A stretch of 64,000 nucleotides of DNA from an uncultured bacterium (GTDB lineage: Bacteria > Krumholzibacteriota > Krumholzibacteriia > Krumholzibacteriales > Krumholzibacteriaceae), in assembly GCA_963813815.1 (NCBI GenBank), contig CAWFAD010000010.1, forward strand, positions 32,001-96,000. The letters are read 5' to 3'. Numbering within the stretch: the stretch's first letter is position 1; every line of letters begins with the position of its first letter. This document shows, one piece after another, positions 31,303 to 40,666 of the stretch. Position numbers and translations under genes: made by a program. The notes below the pieces were generated by a model. The model did no database searches. It saw only the letters and a program-made list of their open reading frames with translations, and had not been told where the DNA came from.

Positions 31303-33018
31303 CTAGGAAACGAGCAGCGTCGAGACGATGATCTGCGCGAGGAGGATCTTCGCGATCATCGAGGCGGGATAGACGGCGGCGTAGTAGACGTTCGGCAGCT
31401 CGTTGCCGGCCTGCTGGTTCGCGTAGGCGAGCACGGCGGGCTGCGTGTGCATGCCGGAGACCACGCCCATCACCGCGGAGAGCGGGAGCCGGAAGATCTT
31501 CGAGCAAACGACGACCGCCGCCACCGTCACGAAGGTCGTGATCGCCGCTCCGGCCGCGATGAGCCCCCAGCCGCCCGATTGGAAGGTGGCCCCGAAGCCT
31601 TCCCCCGCCTTGGTTCCGATCCCCGCGAGGAAGAAAACGAGCCCGACCTGCCGGATGACGAGGTTCGCCGCGAAGGGAAGCCCCCAGATCACGGGTCCCG
31701 TTCGCTCGAGCTTGCCGAGGATGAGCCCCACGAGCAGCGGGCCGCCCGCGAAGCCGAGCCGGAACATCATGCCGTTCGGCAGAGGGAGGGCGATCATGCC
31801 GAGGAACACGCCGAGCACGATGCCGATGGAGAGCGAGAGGTAATCGGTCTCGGAGATCGAGCGGAGCGAATCGCCGAAAAAGCGGGAAATCGTCTCGATG
31901 TTCTCGCGTTTCGTGACGACGCGGATGCGGTCGCCCGACTCGAGGATCGTATCGGGACCGGGCACGAAGTCGACGTCGCCGCGGCGCAGCCGCGTGATCG
32001 TCGCGTCGAAGATCGTGTGGAGCCGCAGCTCCCGGATCGTCCTGCCGATCACGTTCTTGCTCGAGACGAAGATGCGCCGGTAGGTGACCTCCCCCGACGT
32101 TTCCGGAAGATGCTCGGCGCTCCGCTCGCCGAAGAGTATGCGCGCTCTCTCGAGCGTCTCATCCGTTCCGACGGCGACGACGAGGTTGCCGCTCTCGAGC
32201 AAGGTGTCCCCGAGAACCACCGATATCGAGCCGCCCTTCTGTATGCGGCTCAGGACGAAGCCCGGATCGCCGAGCGCGGTGAGCGCCTCAGCGACCGTTT
32301 TTCCGGCGGCGGCGGGATTCGTGATGCGGAAGGTTGCGCTCCGGACGGCGGCCGCGCCCGATTCCCGGAGATACTCCGCGGCCTCCTTCGCGAAATCGGC
32401 GCGGAAGATCTTCGTGAAAACGAAAAGCCAGAGGATCACGCCGAGCACGCCGAAAGGATACGCGAGACCGTACGTGACGACGGGGCTTTCGAGGTAGAGA
32501 TCGACGAGGGAGGGATCGATCGCGCTCCTCATGTTCTCGATCGTCTCGACGGTGGCGGCGAGCGCGGGAGTGTTCGTGAGCGCGCCGCAGAAAAGCCCCG
32601 CCGCGCTCGGCGCGGGGAGCGAAAGCGCGTATTTCAGAATGACGGTCGTCCCGGCGGCGGCGGCGAGCACGATGACCGCGGCTATGTTGAGTCCGAGCAC
32701 CCGCTTGCGGAAGGAGGCGAAGAAGCCGGGGCCGGCCTGAAGGCCGATCGCGTAGACGAAGAGCACGAGCCCTATAACATATATATAGTCGGGAAGGGCG
32801 AGACGCGCGTCGAAGGCGCTCAGGCCGATTCCGACGAAAAGGACCGCGGCCACGCCGAGGCTGAATCCGAAAATCTTAATGTTTCCAATGAGATAGCCGA
32901 GACCTATCACCGTGAAGAGCAGCAGTATCGGACTGGAGGCGAGCACGTCGGCGAGCCCCCGGGCGGCGCCCGAGAGAACGGCGAAGGTGACGAGCGTATC
33001 GGTCAAGGGGAACCTCAA
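31303..33018 (-). CDS. AspT/YidE/YbjL aspartate:alanine exchanger family transporter with TrkA-C domains
   Basis: LGVAAVLFVG, GLVLFVYAIGLQAGPGFF, GALTNTPALA, two RCK_C domains and AGGPLLVGLILG. Confidence 0.92.
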   Translation of the reverse strand: MRFPLTDTLVTFAVLSGAARGLADVLASSPILLLFTVIGLGYLIGNIKIFGFSLGVAAVLFVGIGLSAFDARLALPDYIYVIGLVLFVYAIGLQAGPGFFASFRKRVLGLNIAAVIVLAAAAGTTVILKYALSLPAPSAAGLFCGALTNTPALAATVETIENMRSAIDPSLVDLYLESPVVTYGLAYPFGVLGVILWLFVFTKIFRADFAKEAAEYLRESGAAAVRSATFRITNPAAAGKTVAEALTALGDPGFVLSRIQKGGSISVVLGDTLLESGNLVVAVGTDETLERARILFGERSAEHLPETSGEVTYRRIFVSSKNVIGRTIRELRLHTIFDATITRLRRGDVDFVPGPDTILESGDRIRVVTKRENIETISRFFGDSLRSISETDYLSLSIGIVLGVFLGMIALPLPNGMMFRLGFAGGPLLVGLILGKLERTGPVIWGLPFAANLVIRQVGLVFFLAGIGTKAGEGFGATFQSGGWGLIAAGAAITTFVTVAAVVVCSKIFRLPLSAVMGVVSGMHTQPAVLAYANQQAGNELPNVYYAAVYPASMIAKILLAQIIVSTLLVS

Positions 33019-33141
33019 TATCGAACGACGGTTGCTGTCCTCGGCGCCGCGTTTCGGCGGAAGGCGCGCTTCCCGGCCCGGCGCCCGCTCCGACGAGACA
33101 AATATGAGGCGGAAGGCATAAAGTCAAGCGGTTTCGATGCG

Positions 33142-35091
33142 TTACGCCGCCGGCGGCGGCCCGTCGGGGCTCCGTCCGAGGAGGTAGAGAGCCGCGCCGA
33201 CGGTCGCCGCGCCGAGCGCGAGCGATGCGGCGGCGGAGAGGCCGAAGGCGAGGGGCAGGTATCCGCAGAGAACGGCGGCGCCCGCGGCGGTCAAGGCGTA
33301 GGGAAGCTGCGTGCGCACGTGGTCGACGTGATCGCAGGCGGATGCCATCGAGGACATGATTGTCGTGTCGGAGATGGGCGAGCAATGGTCGCCGAAAACG
33401 GACCCGCCGAGAATCGCCCCGATCGAACCCGAGAGAATCGCGTCGAGCGCGCTTCCGGAGATCGCGGCCGCCTTCGAGGCGCCGAAGACGAGCGGCACGA
33501 CGATCGGGGTGAGGATCGACATGGTGCCCCAGGACGTGCCCGTCGAAAACGATATCGCCATCGCGACGAGGAAGACGACGAGCGGGAGGAAGCGCGGATC
33601 GAGAACCCCGGAAAGCAGATGCACGAGATAATCCGCGGTATGGAGCTCGGTGCACACGGAGCCGATGCACCACGCGAGCACAAGGATGACGATGGCGATG
33701 AGCATCGAACGGATGCCGTTCATCCAGGCGGCTACCGTCTCGGTGAGGGTGAGCAGGCGTTGAACGAGGGCGAGGACCGCCGCCGACAGGCAGCCCGCCA
33801 TCGAGCACCACAAGAGCGCGACAAAGGAGTCGGCCTCCCTGAGGGCGGCGAGCAGCCCGCCCGGCTCGCCGCGCGCCGCGAGCGCCTCGCGCCCCGTGAC
33901 CACGAGCCCGGCGAAGGCGACCGCGATGACGACGGCGATGGGAACGAGCCCGTTGATCCAGCGCGGCCGCGCCGAGGCCGCCGGCGCCGCGCTCTCGGCG
34001 TCGATGTTCGAGAGGAGCACCGCGCCGTCGGCGGACGTTTTGCCCGTCGAGCGCGCGCGCCGCTCGGCGGAGAGCATCGGGCCGAAATCGCGGTTCATGA
34101 GCGCGACGAGGAGCACGAGGAGAACGGCGAAGATCGAGTAGTAGGAGTACGGTATGGCGGCGACGAAGGCGGCGAAGGGGTTCCGGTCGACTCCGATCGA
34201 GGCGAACGATTGCCCGAGGAGCGACACCTGAAATCCGATCCAGCTCGTGATCACCGCGATCGAGGTGACGGGGGCGGCCGTCGAGTCGACGATGTAGGAG
34301 AGCTTTTCCCGCGAGATGCGGAGACGGTCCGTGAGCGGACGCATCGAGTTTCCGACGATGAGCGTGTTCGCGTAGTCGTCGAAGAAGATCACGACCCCCA
34401 TGAGCCAGGCGGCGAACTGCCCCCGCCGAGGCGTCGTGGCGAGGCGCGAGACGCGGTCGACGATCCCCTGCATGCCCCCCATGCGGTACATGATGCCGAC
34501 CATGCCGCCGAGGAGCAGCGTAAAGACGATGATCGAGGCGTGATCGCTCCCCTGCGCGGGGTCGGAGAGAGTTTTGATCGCGTCGCGATCGACGATCCTG
34601 AGCAGCGCGGCGAGCGGGCGATACCCCTCGAGAAAGAAGTTGCCGAGCCAGACGCCGGAGAGAAGCGCGAGCACCACCTGCCGGAAAACGAGCGCGATGA
34701 CGATCGCGATGAGCGGGGGCAGGATCGAGAACCAGGCGGGAACGGCGAATATCTCTTCGCGGAGAGTCTCCCCGCCGACCGCGAGGGCGATTTCGTGGCG
34801 GCCCGCGCTGGGGAGCGTCACGGCGACGGCTTCGCCCGGATGGGGCGGGACGCCCCGGTACAGGATCTCTCCGTCGAGCAGGACGACGAGGGAGTCGCCG
34901 GGGGCGTGCGGAACGTCCCCGGGCGGCTCGTAGCGGTAGGGTATGCCGGCGAGCGCCGTGCGCCGGTTTCCGGCGTCCGCCGCGGAAGCCGCTCGATCCG
35001 GGAGAAGGGAGCAGGCGAGAACGGCGGCAAAAAGGATGATGGCGGGGGCTCCGGCGCGTTTCTTGGCGGATGCGGTCACTGGCGCCGTCAT
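33142..35091 (-). CDS. Na+/H+ antiporter NhaC-family transporter with N-terminal extracytoplasmic extension
   Basis: IFFDDYAN, SREKLSYIVDSTAAP, FSTGTSWGT and GDHCSPISDTTIMSS motifs. ATGA-coupled to the upstream gene. Confidence 0.9.
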   Translation of the reverse strand: MTAPVTASAKKRAGAPAIILFAAVLACSLLPDRAASAADAGNRRTALAGIPYRYEPPGDVPHAPGDSLVVLLDGEILYRGVPPHPGEAVAVTLPSAGRHEIALAVGGETLREEIFAVPAWFSILPPLIAIVIALVFRQVVLALLSGVWLGNFFLEGYRPLAALLRIVDRDAIKTLSDPAQGSDHASIIVFTLLLGGMVGIMYRMGGMQGIVDRVSRLATTPRRGQFAAWLMGVVIFFDDYANTLIVGNSMRPLTDRLRISREKLSYIVDSTAAPVTSIAVITSWIGFQVSLLGQSFASIGVDRNPFAAFVAAIPYSYYSIFAVLLVLLVALMNRDFGPMLSAERRARSTGKTSADGAVLLSNIDAESAAPAASARPRWINGLVPIAVVIAVAFAGLVVTGREALAARGEPGGLLAALREADSFVALLWCSMAGCLSAAVLALVQRLLTLTETVAAWMNGIRSMLIAIVILVLAWCIGSVCTELHTADYLVHLLSGVLDPRFLPLVVFLVAMAISFSTGTSWGTMSILTPIVVPLVFGASKAAAISGSALDAILSGSIGAILGGSVFGDHCSPISDTTIMSSMASACDHVDHVRTQLPYALTAAGAAVLCGYLPLAFGLSAAASLALGAATVGAALYLLGRSPDGPPPAA

Positions 35092-36089
35092 CCGATCTCC
35101 CGCAGCGCGACCGTCGTGTCGCGTCCCGCCATCCGGGCGGCGGCGCGCACGTGCTCCCACGGCGAGTGTTTGTGGATCTCGGCGAAGAGGTCGTCGCGTC
35201 CCGATACTCTCGCGACGAGCTCGAGGGACGCGGCGTCGGCGGTGATCATGTCGGGCGCGCAGACGAATCCGATGTCCGGAGCGACGAGCGGTCCCGCGTT
35301 CGCGTCGCAGTCGCAGAGGCGGCTGATGTTCTTGAGGACGTTCACGGCGTACACCTTCTTGAACCGCGCGGCGGCGAGCACCGCCGCCTCGGCGAGAAGC
35401 TCGTCGAAGAGGCCCACCCTCGGCGCGATCGAACGTTCCGGGCAGACGAGAGCGCAGTTGCTGCAGCCGGGGCACCAGGTGACGCCGAAGCGCGGCCGGT
35501 CCCCCTCGAGGACGATGTTGCCCGTCGGGCATCGCTCGACGCAGGTCCCGCACCGCGTGCAGCCCTCGCCGTACACGGGCTCGCCCCCTTCGTGGATCGC
35601 GCCCTTCGTTTCCCTGGCGACGCATCCCATGCCGACGTTCTTGACGGCGCCTCCCATGCCGCACGCGACGTGTCCCTTGACGTGCGAGAGGAGCAGCACG
35701 CCGTCCGCCTCGATCGGATCCGAGGCGAGAAGAAAGGTCATCGCCGCGCCCGCGACCTCGACGTGTCGGTTCGAGACGGTCACGGGAGCGCCGAGGTTTC
35801 GTTCCGTGTAGCCGCGCGCGGCGGCGCTGAGAAGATATCCCTCGACGGTGTGGCGCGGGCTCGAGTAGACGACGGGCGTGTCGAACACGTACGGACGGCA
35901 GCCGATTCCCGCGAGACAGGCCGCGATGCGCCGCACGAAGGGCGCCTCGATGGAGAACGGATTGCCCGGCTCTCCCATGTGGATCTTGATCGCGACGCGA
36001 TCGTTTCGCGCGAACACTCGCGCGAGCGCGCCCTCGAGATACGAGAGAAGCGCGTCGTCGGAGGCGAGAAATGTCGCTTCGTGTTTCAT
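35088..36089 (-). CDS. DUF362-family protein with a 2x[4Fe-4S] ferredoxin domain
   Basis: VAIKIHMGEPGN, SHVKGH..GGAVKNVGMGC, CTRCGTCVERCP, CPGCSNCALVCP and CDC motifs. Confidence 0.85.
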   Translation of the reverse strand: MKHEATFLASDDALLSYLEGALARVFARNDRVAIKIHMGEPGNPFSIEAPFVRRIAACLAGIGCRPYVFDTPVVYSSPRHTVEGYLLSAAARGYTERNLGAPVTVSNRHVEVAGAAMTFLLASDPIEADGVLLLSHVKGHVACGMGGAVKNVGMGCVARETKGAIHEGGEPVYGEGCTRCGTCVERCPTGNIVLEGDRPRFGVTWCPGCSNCALVCPERSIAPRVGLFDELLAEAAVLAAARFKKVYAVNVLKNISRLCDCDANAGPLVAPDIGFVCAPDMITADAASLELVARVSGRDDLFAEIHKHSPWEHVRAAARMAGRDTTVALREIG

Positions 36090-36241
36090 CCCGGTGCTCC
36101 GTGTTCGCCGCCGCTCGGCGAACGAACGCGGAGCCACTATAGCAACGCGTCGCGCGCGTGTCAATCGATGCGCCCGCTCGTCGCGCGAGCCCCGCGCGCG
36201 TCGCCGGCGCAAAAAATATTTTCTCCGCGAGTCAAAAATGC

Positions 36242-36271
36242 TTGACACATTTTTTCATGAGTGAATACCAT
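36242..36271 (+). promoter_or_regulatory. sigma70-type promoter for the Lys-rich peptide gene
   Basis: TTGACA-N18-TACCAT. Confidence 0.6.
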
Positions 36272-36387
36272 GCCCTCGAAGTGAATTCGGGTCCGCTTCG
36301 GACGGCATCGAGCGCAGCGCAACGGAGAGAGAAGCGGACATCAAGTGGCGATGGTAGGCTTTCAACCTTCACAAAGGAGTGGAGACC

Positions 36388-36498
36388 ATGCCGGTAAAGA
36401 AGAAAGCCAAGGCGAAACCGAAGAAGAAAGCCAAAGCCAAAGCGAAGCCGAAAAAGAAAGCGAAACCCAAGAAGAAAGCAAAAGCCAAGAAGAAATAG
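36388..36498 (+). CDS. 36-aa Lys/Ala/Pro-rich basic peptide (histone H1-like repeats)
   Basis: Not in the ORF track. MPVKKKAKAKPKKKAKAKAKPKKKAKPKKKAKAKKK; AAGGAGTGGAG RBS; synonymous codon variation among the repeats; own promoter and terminator. Confidence 0.85.
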   Translation: MPVKKKAKAKPKKKAKAKAKPKKKAKPKKKAKAKKK

Positions 36499-36538
36499 CA
36501 CGTCTTCGCCATTTCCGACAGCAACCATCGTCATTTTG

Positions 36539-36574
36539 CGGGAGCGGCCATCGGGCCGCTCCCGTTTTCATTTT
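36539..36574 (+). terminator. Intrinsic terminator
   Basis: CGGGAGCGGCC-ATCG-GGCCGCTCCCG followed by TTTTCATTTT. Confidence 0.85.
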
Positions 36575-36578
36575 GGCG

Positions 36579-36606
36579 TTGACATCGCCACTCCGCGCGC
36601 GATAAT
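36579..36606 (+). promoter_or_regulatory. sigma70-type promoter for the polyamine operon
   Basis: TTGACA-N16-GATAAT. Confidence 0.6.
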
Positions 36607-36690
36607 GCAGTTGAATCGATTCGATGTTCGGCGGAGCCGGGCCGGATGCGGCCGCCGGCGGGCACTCACCACTCGCAAAGGGGTGTTGGG

Positions 36691-37251
36691 GTGGAAGGAA
36701 AGGTACCTGACAAGATCTTCCTGTCGCGGGGCGTCGGAAGACACCGGGAAAAGCTCACGAGCTTCGAGCTCGCGCTGCGCGCGGCCGGGATCGCGCAGTT
36801 CAACCTCGTGCACGTCTCGAGCATCTTTCCGCCGCACTGCGTCCTCATCCCGCGCACGCGGGGCATCTCGATGATGCGGGCCGGCGAAATCGTCTACTGC
36901 GTTCTCGGACAGAACAGCACGAACGAGCAGAGTCGTCTCGTCGGCGCCGGCATCGGCGTCGCCATTCCGACGGACCGCAAGAAATACGGCTACATATCCG
37001 AGCACCACGCCTTCGGCATGCGGCAGGAAGAGATGGGGGATTACACGGAGGATCTCGCCGCGACGATGCTCGCCTCGACGCTCGGCATCGAGATCGATCT
37101 CAGCCGCGCGTGGAACGAGCGGAAGCAGGAGTGGAAGATCGCCGGGCAGATCGTCCGAACGACGAACATCACGCAAACGGCCCTCGGCAAGGATGGAATG
37201 TGGACCTCCGTCGTCGCCGCGGCGGTGTTCTGCAGCTACAAGAACCGGTAA
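36691..37251 (+). CDS. pdaD: Pyruvoyl-dependent arginine decarboxylase
   Basis: LTSFELALRAAGIAQFNLVHVSSIFPP (Ser-Ser autocleavage site), YGYISEHH and WTSVVAAAVF. Confidence 0.9.
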   Translation: MEGKVPDKIFLSRGVGRHREKLTSFELALRAAGIAQFNLVHVSSIFPPHCVLIPRTRGISMMRAGEIVYCVLGQNSTNEQSRLVGAGIGVAIPTDRKKYGYISEHHAFGMRQEEMGDYTEDLAATMLASTLGIEIDLSRAWNERKQEWKIAGQIVRTTNITQTALGKDGMWTSVVAAAVFCSYKNR

Positions 37252-38093
37252 TGGAGCGAAGCTACGATTTTCTCGGCGCCGAAGTCGCCGGTTCGGACAG
37301 GGATCGCGTGTACGTGATCCCTGTTCCCGTCGAATGGAGCGTCACGTACGGGAAGGGGGCGGGGAGCGCCCCCGCGGCGATGCTCGCCGCCTCGATGCAG
37401 ATCGAGGTGTACAACGCGGGCCTCGACGTCGACCTCGAGGGCGCCGGCATCGTGACGCTCCTGCCCGAGATCCACTCCAAAGACGATCTCGTCGCCTTCG
37501 TGCGGGAGCATCGCGGGCTGTTCCGGGAAGCGCTGCCGTGCTTCCTCGGCGGAGAGCACTCGATCACGCCCTGGATACTCGAGGGGCTCGGGCTCGCGGA
37601 CATCGGGATCGTGTGGCTCGACGCGCATGCCGACCTGCGCGAGAGCTATCTCGGCGAGCGCGAGAACCACGCCTGCGCCGCGCGCAACTCGCTCGCCTAC
37701 GGGCCGCTCGTCCAGATCGGCGTCCGGAGCTACTCGCGCGAGGAGCGGGATTTTCTGCGGGGCGCGGGAGGCACGCGCGTCTTTCCGTTCTGGAACGAAG
37801 GCGCCTGGGAGGCGATCCGGCGCCTGCCCGAGAACGTCTACCTCTCGATCGATTTCGACGCCGTCGATCCGTCGATTCTGCGCGCCGTCGGCACCCCCGA
37901 GCCCGGCGGACTCGCGTGGGATGAGCTCATGGATCTCCTCACCTTCGTGTTCGAGAAGAAGCGCGTCGTCGGGATGGACGCGGTCGAGCTCGCGCCCGCC
38001 GGGCATGACGAGACATCGAGCTTCATCGCGGCGAAAATCGTCTACGAGGCGATCTCGCGGTATCTGAGAAGGGAGTTGCCCCGTGAAGCGTGA
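37251..38093 (+). CDS. speB: Agmatinase (ureohydrolase family)
   Basis: GGEHSIT, DAHADL, SIDFDAVDP and GTPEPGG motifs; coupled to the arginine decarboxylase. Confidence 0.88.
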   Translation: MERSYDFLGAEVAGSDRDRVYVIPVPVEWSVTYGKGAGSAPAAMLAASMQIEVYNAGLDVDLEGAGIVTLLPEIHSKDDLVAFVREHRGLFREALPCFLGGEHSITPWILEGLGLADIGIVWLDAHADLRESYLGERENHACAARNSLAYGPLVQIGVRSYSREERDFLRGAGGTRVFPFWNEGAWEAIRRLPENVYLSIDFDAVDPSILRAVGTPEPGGLAWDELMDLLTFVFEKKRVVGMDAVELAPAGHDETSSFIAAKIVYEAISRYLRRELPREA

Positions 38094-39075
38094 CTATCTC
38101 ACCCATCCGACGAGGCCGATCCTGCCGAAGGCGGGGATGACGTGCGACGAGCTGCTGCGCGGACTCGAGGGATGCAGCTTTCAGGCCCGCCAGCTCGCCC
38201 TCGCCGCGAAGATCTGGACGGAGGCGCTCGACGACGACATCGTCGTGATGTTCGGTCTCGCCGGCGCGATGGTTCCCGCCGGCATGCGCCGGACCATCGT
38301 GACGCTCATGGAGCACCGCCTCATCGACGTCGTCGTCTCGACGGGCGCCAACCTCTACCACGATTTCTACGAGACGGCGGGCAACTATCATTACATCGGG
38401 AGCGCGGAGGCGGACGATACGAAGCTCCGCAAGGACAAGATCGACCGAATCTACGACACCTACGCCGACGAGGACGGATTCGTCCGGCTCGACCGGCACA
38501 TCGGGCGGTGGGCGACGAAGACGCTCGAGGAGCGGCCCTACACGACGCGCGAGTTTCTCCATTTGCTCGGCAAGGAGGCGAACCGCGTCTCGAAGGGGGA
38601 ACAGGGCATTCTCAGCGCCGCATACCGCCTCTCGATTCCGGTGTATTGCCCCGCGATCGGCGATTCGTCGATCGGCATCGGTCTCGCCGGACGCAAGCCG
38701 AAGGTGATCTTCGACATGATCGGCGACGTGGAGGAGACCGCCGACATCGCGGCGAGCAAACCCACGATGGTGATTTACGTCGGAGGGGGAACGCCGAAGA
38801 ATTTCATCCAGCAGACCGAGGTGACGAATATGGTCCTCGGGCGCGAAGCCGAGGGACACCGCTACGCGATCCAGTTCGTGGTCGACGCTCCGCACTGGGG
38901 AGGCCTCAGCGGCTGCACCTTCGAGGAGGCGATCTCCTGGGGCAAGATCGCGGTCGACGCCAAACGCGTCACCGTCGTTTCGGATGCGGCGATCGCGCTG
39001 CCGATCGTCGCGGCGTCCGTGCTGACGCGCCGCGCCCGCGCGAAGAGAAGGCGCGCGCCGAAGAAGATGTTCTAG
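38083..39075 (+). CDS. Deoxyhypusine synthase-like protein (probable homospermidine synthase)
   Basis: GLAGAMVPAG, STGANLYHD, IDRIYD, PAIGDSSIG, GGGTPKNF and GGLSGCTFEEAISWGK motifs. Confidence 0.9.
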   Translation: MKRDYLTHPTRPILPKAGMTCDELLRGLEGCSFQARQLALAAKIWTEALDDDIVVMFGLAGAMVPAGMRRTIVTLMEHRLIDVVVSTGANLYHDFYETAGNYHYIGSAEADDTKLRKDKIDRIYDTYADEDGFVRLDRHIGRWATKTLEERPYTTREFLHLLGKEANRVSKGEQGILSAAYRLSIPVYCPAIGDSSIGIGLAGRKPKVIFDMIGDVEETADIAASKPTMVIYVGGGTPKNFIQQTEVTNMVLGREAEGHRYAIQFVVDAPHWGGLSGCTFEEAISWGKIAVDAKRVTVVSDAAIALPIVAASVLTRRARAKRRRAPKKMF

Positions 39076-39120
39076 AACGGGCCGCCGGTGCGGCCGGGGT
39101 GGTGTGAGGGGAGGTCGGGG

Positions 39121-40653
39121 ATGGTCGCTGAAATCCGTTCGGGTGCCGTTCTCGGGATAGAGGGGTTCGGGGTCACGGTCGAGATCGATCTCGCGCGGGG
39201 GCTGCCCTCCTTCGCGATCGTCGGTCTGCCGACCGCCGCCGTGCGGGAAAGCCGCGAGCGGGTGACCGCCGCGATCAAGAACAACGGCTTCGCCTTTCCC
39301 CAGAAACGCATCACCGTCAATCTCGCCCCCGCCGACGTGCGAAAGGAAGGGGCAGCCTTCGACCTGCCCATCGCGCTCGGCATCCTCACGGCGAGCGGTC
39401 AAACGGCGCGCGAGGTTCCCCCGCACGCGCTCGTTCTCGGCGAGCTGGCTCTCGACGGCAGGCTGAAGCCCGTGAGGGGCGTGCTCCCCATAGCCCTCTT
39501 CGCGCGCGCTCTCGGTTACCGGCGGATGTTCGTCCCCGAGGCGAACGCCGGGGAGGGAGCGGCGGTGCGGGAGATCGAGATCGTGCCGTGCGCCGATCTC
39601 GGCGAGGCGCTCCGCGTCATCGACGGGGCGCCGCCGCGAGCCGTGCGGGCGCCGTGTCCCGACGGTCTCCCGGAGTGGGGCGGGGATCTCGACTACGGGC
39701 AGGTGCTCGGACAGCACGCGGCGAAGCGGGCGATGCAGATCGCCGCGGCGGGGGGCCACCACGTCATCATGGTGGGGCCGCCGGGATCGGGAAAGACGAT
39801 GCTCGCCCAGCGCCTGCCGTCGATCCTTCCTCCCCTCGACGACGAGGAGGCGCTCGAGCACGCGAGGATCATGAGCGTCGCCGGGGCGCGGAGCGTCGCC
39901 GTGCTCCGCCGGGAGCGTCCCTTCAGGGCGCCGCACCACTCGGCGAGCGACGCGGGGCTCGTCGGGGGCGGACGCTGCGCCTCTCCGGGGGAGATCACGC
40001 TCGCCCACAACGGCGTTCTCTTCCTCGACGAGCTCACCGAGTTCAAACGAAACGTTCTCGAGTGCCTGCGCCAGCCGCTCGAGGAGGGTCGCGTCGTCAT
40101 CTCGCGCGCGAACGCCTCCTGCAGCTATCCGGCGCGCTTTCAGCTCGTCGCCGCGATGAACCCGTGCCCGTGCGGCTACGCCGGCTCTCCGCGGCACGCG
40201 TGCCGCTGCTCGCCGAACGCCGTCGAACGATACCTCGCCAAGATATCCGGTCCCCTCATCGACCGGATCAGCGTGCATGTGCCCGTGCAGCCGGTCGAGC
40301 CGTCGGATTTCGACCCGGCCGCCTCAGGCGACGGAATGCACTCGGCCGCGCTGAGGGAAGGGGTGTTTCTCGCCGTCCGCGCGCAGGGAGAGCGCTTTCG
40401 CGGCGAGCGCGGGATACGGCGGAACGCCGACATGCCGGTCGCGGATCTGGCGGGCGTTTGCGGGCTCGGGAGAGAGGCGATGGAGCTGCTGGCGGCGGCG
40501 CAGCGGAGGCTCTTCCTCAGCGCGCGAACGAGACGCAACGTCGTGCAGGTCGCCCGCACGATCGCCGACCTCGACGGATCGGCGGCGGTGGAGGCGCGCC
40601 ATCTCGCCGAGGCGATCCAGCACCGCGTGCCCCGGCTGCTCGAGCGGGCCTGA
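39121..40653 (+). CDS. comM: YifB/ComM Mg-chelatase-like AAA+ ATPase
   Basis: VGLP..AVRESRERV, NLAPADVRKEG, GPPGSGKT, PFRAPHH, AHNGVLFLDE and MNPCPCG motifs. Confidence 0.92.
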   Translation: MVAEIRSGAVLGIEGFGVTVEIDLARGLPSFAIVGLPTAAVRESRERVTAAIKNNGFAFPQKRITVNLAPADVRKEGAAFDLPIALGILTASGQTAREVPPHALVLGELALDGRLKPVRGVLPIALFARALGYRRMFVPEANAGEGAAVREIEIVPCADLGEALRVIDGAPPRAVRAPCPDGLPEWGGDLDYGQVLGQHAAKRAMQIAAAGGHHVIMVGPPGSGKTMLAQRLPSILPPLDDEEALEHARIMSVAGARSVAVLRRERPFRAPHHSASDAGLVGGGRCASPGEITLAHNGVLFLDELTEFKRNVLECLRQPLEEGRVVISRANASCSYPARFQLVAAMNPCPCGYAGSPRHACRCSPNAVERYLAKISGPLIDRISVHVPVQPVEPSDFDPAASGDGMHSAALREGVFLAVRAQGERFRGERGIRRNADMPVADLAGVCGLGREAMELLAAAQRRLFLSARTRRNVVQVARTIADLDGSAAVEARHLAEAIQHRVPRLLERA

Positions 40654-40666
40654 CGGGCCGCTGTCC

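Noticed and set aside
36388..36498. A-rich repeats as a CRISPR array or microsatellite
   Set aside because: No repeat-spacer structure; variation falls at synonymous positions, which indicates coding sequence.
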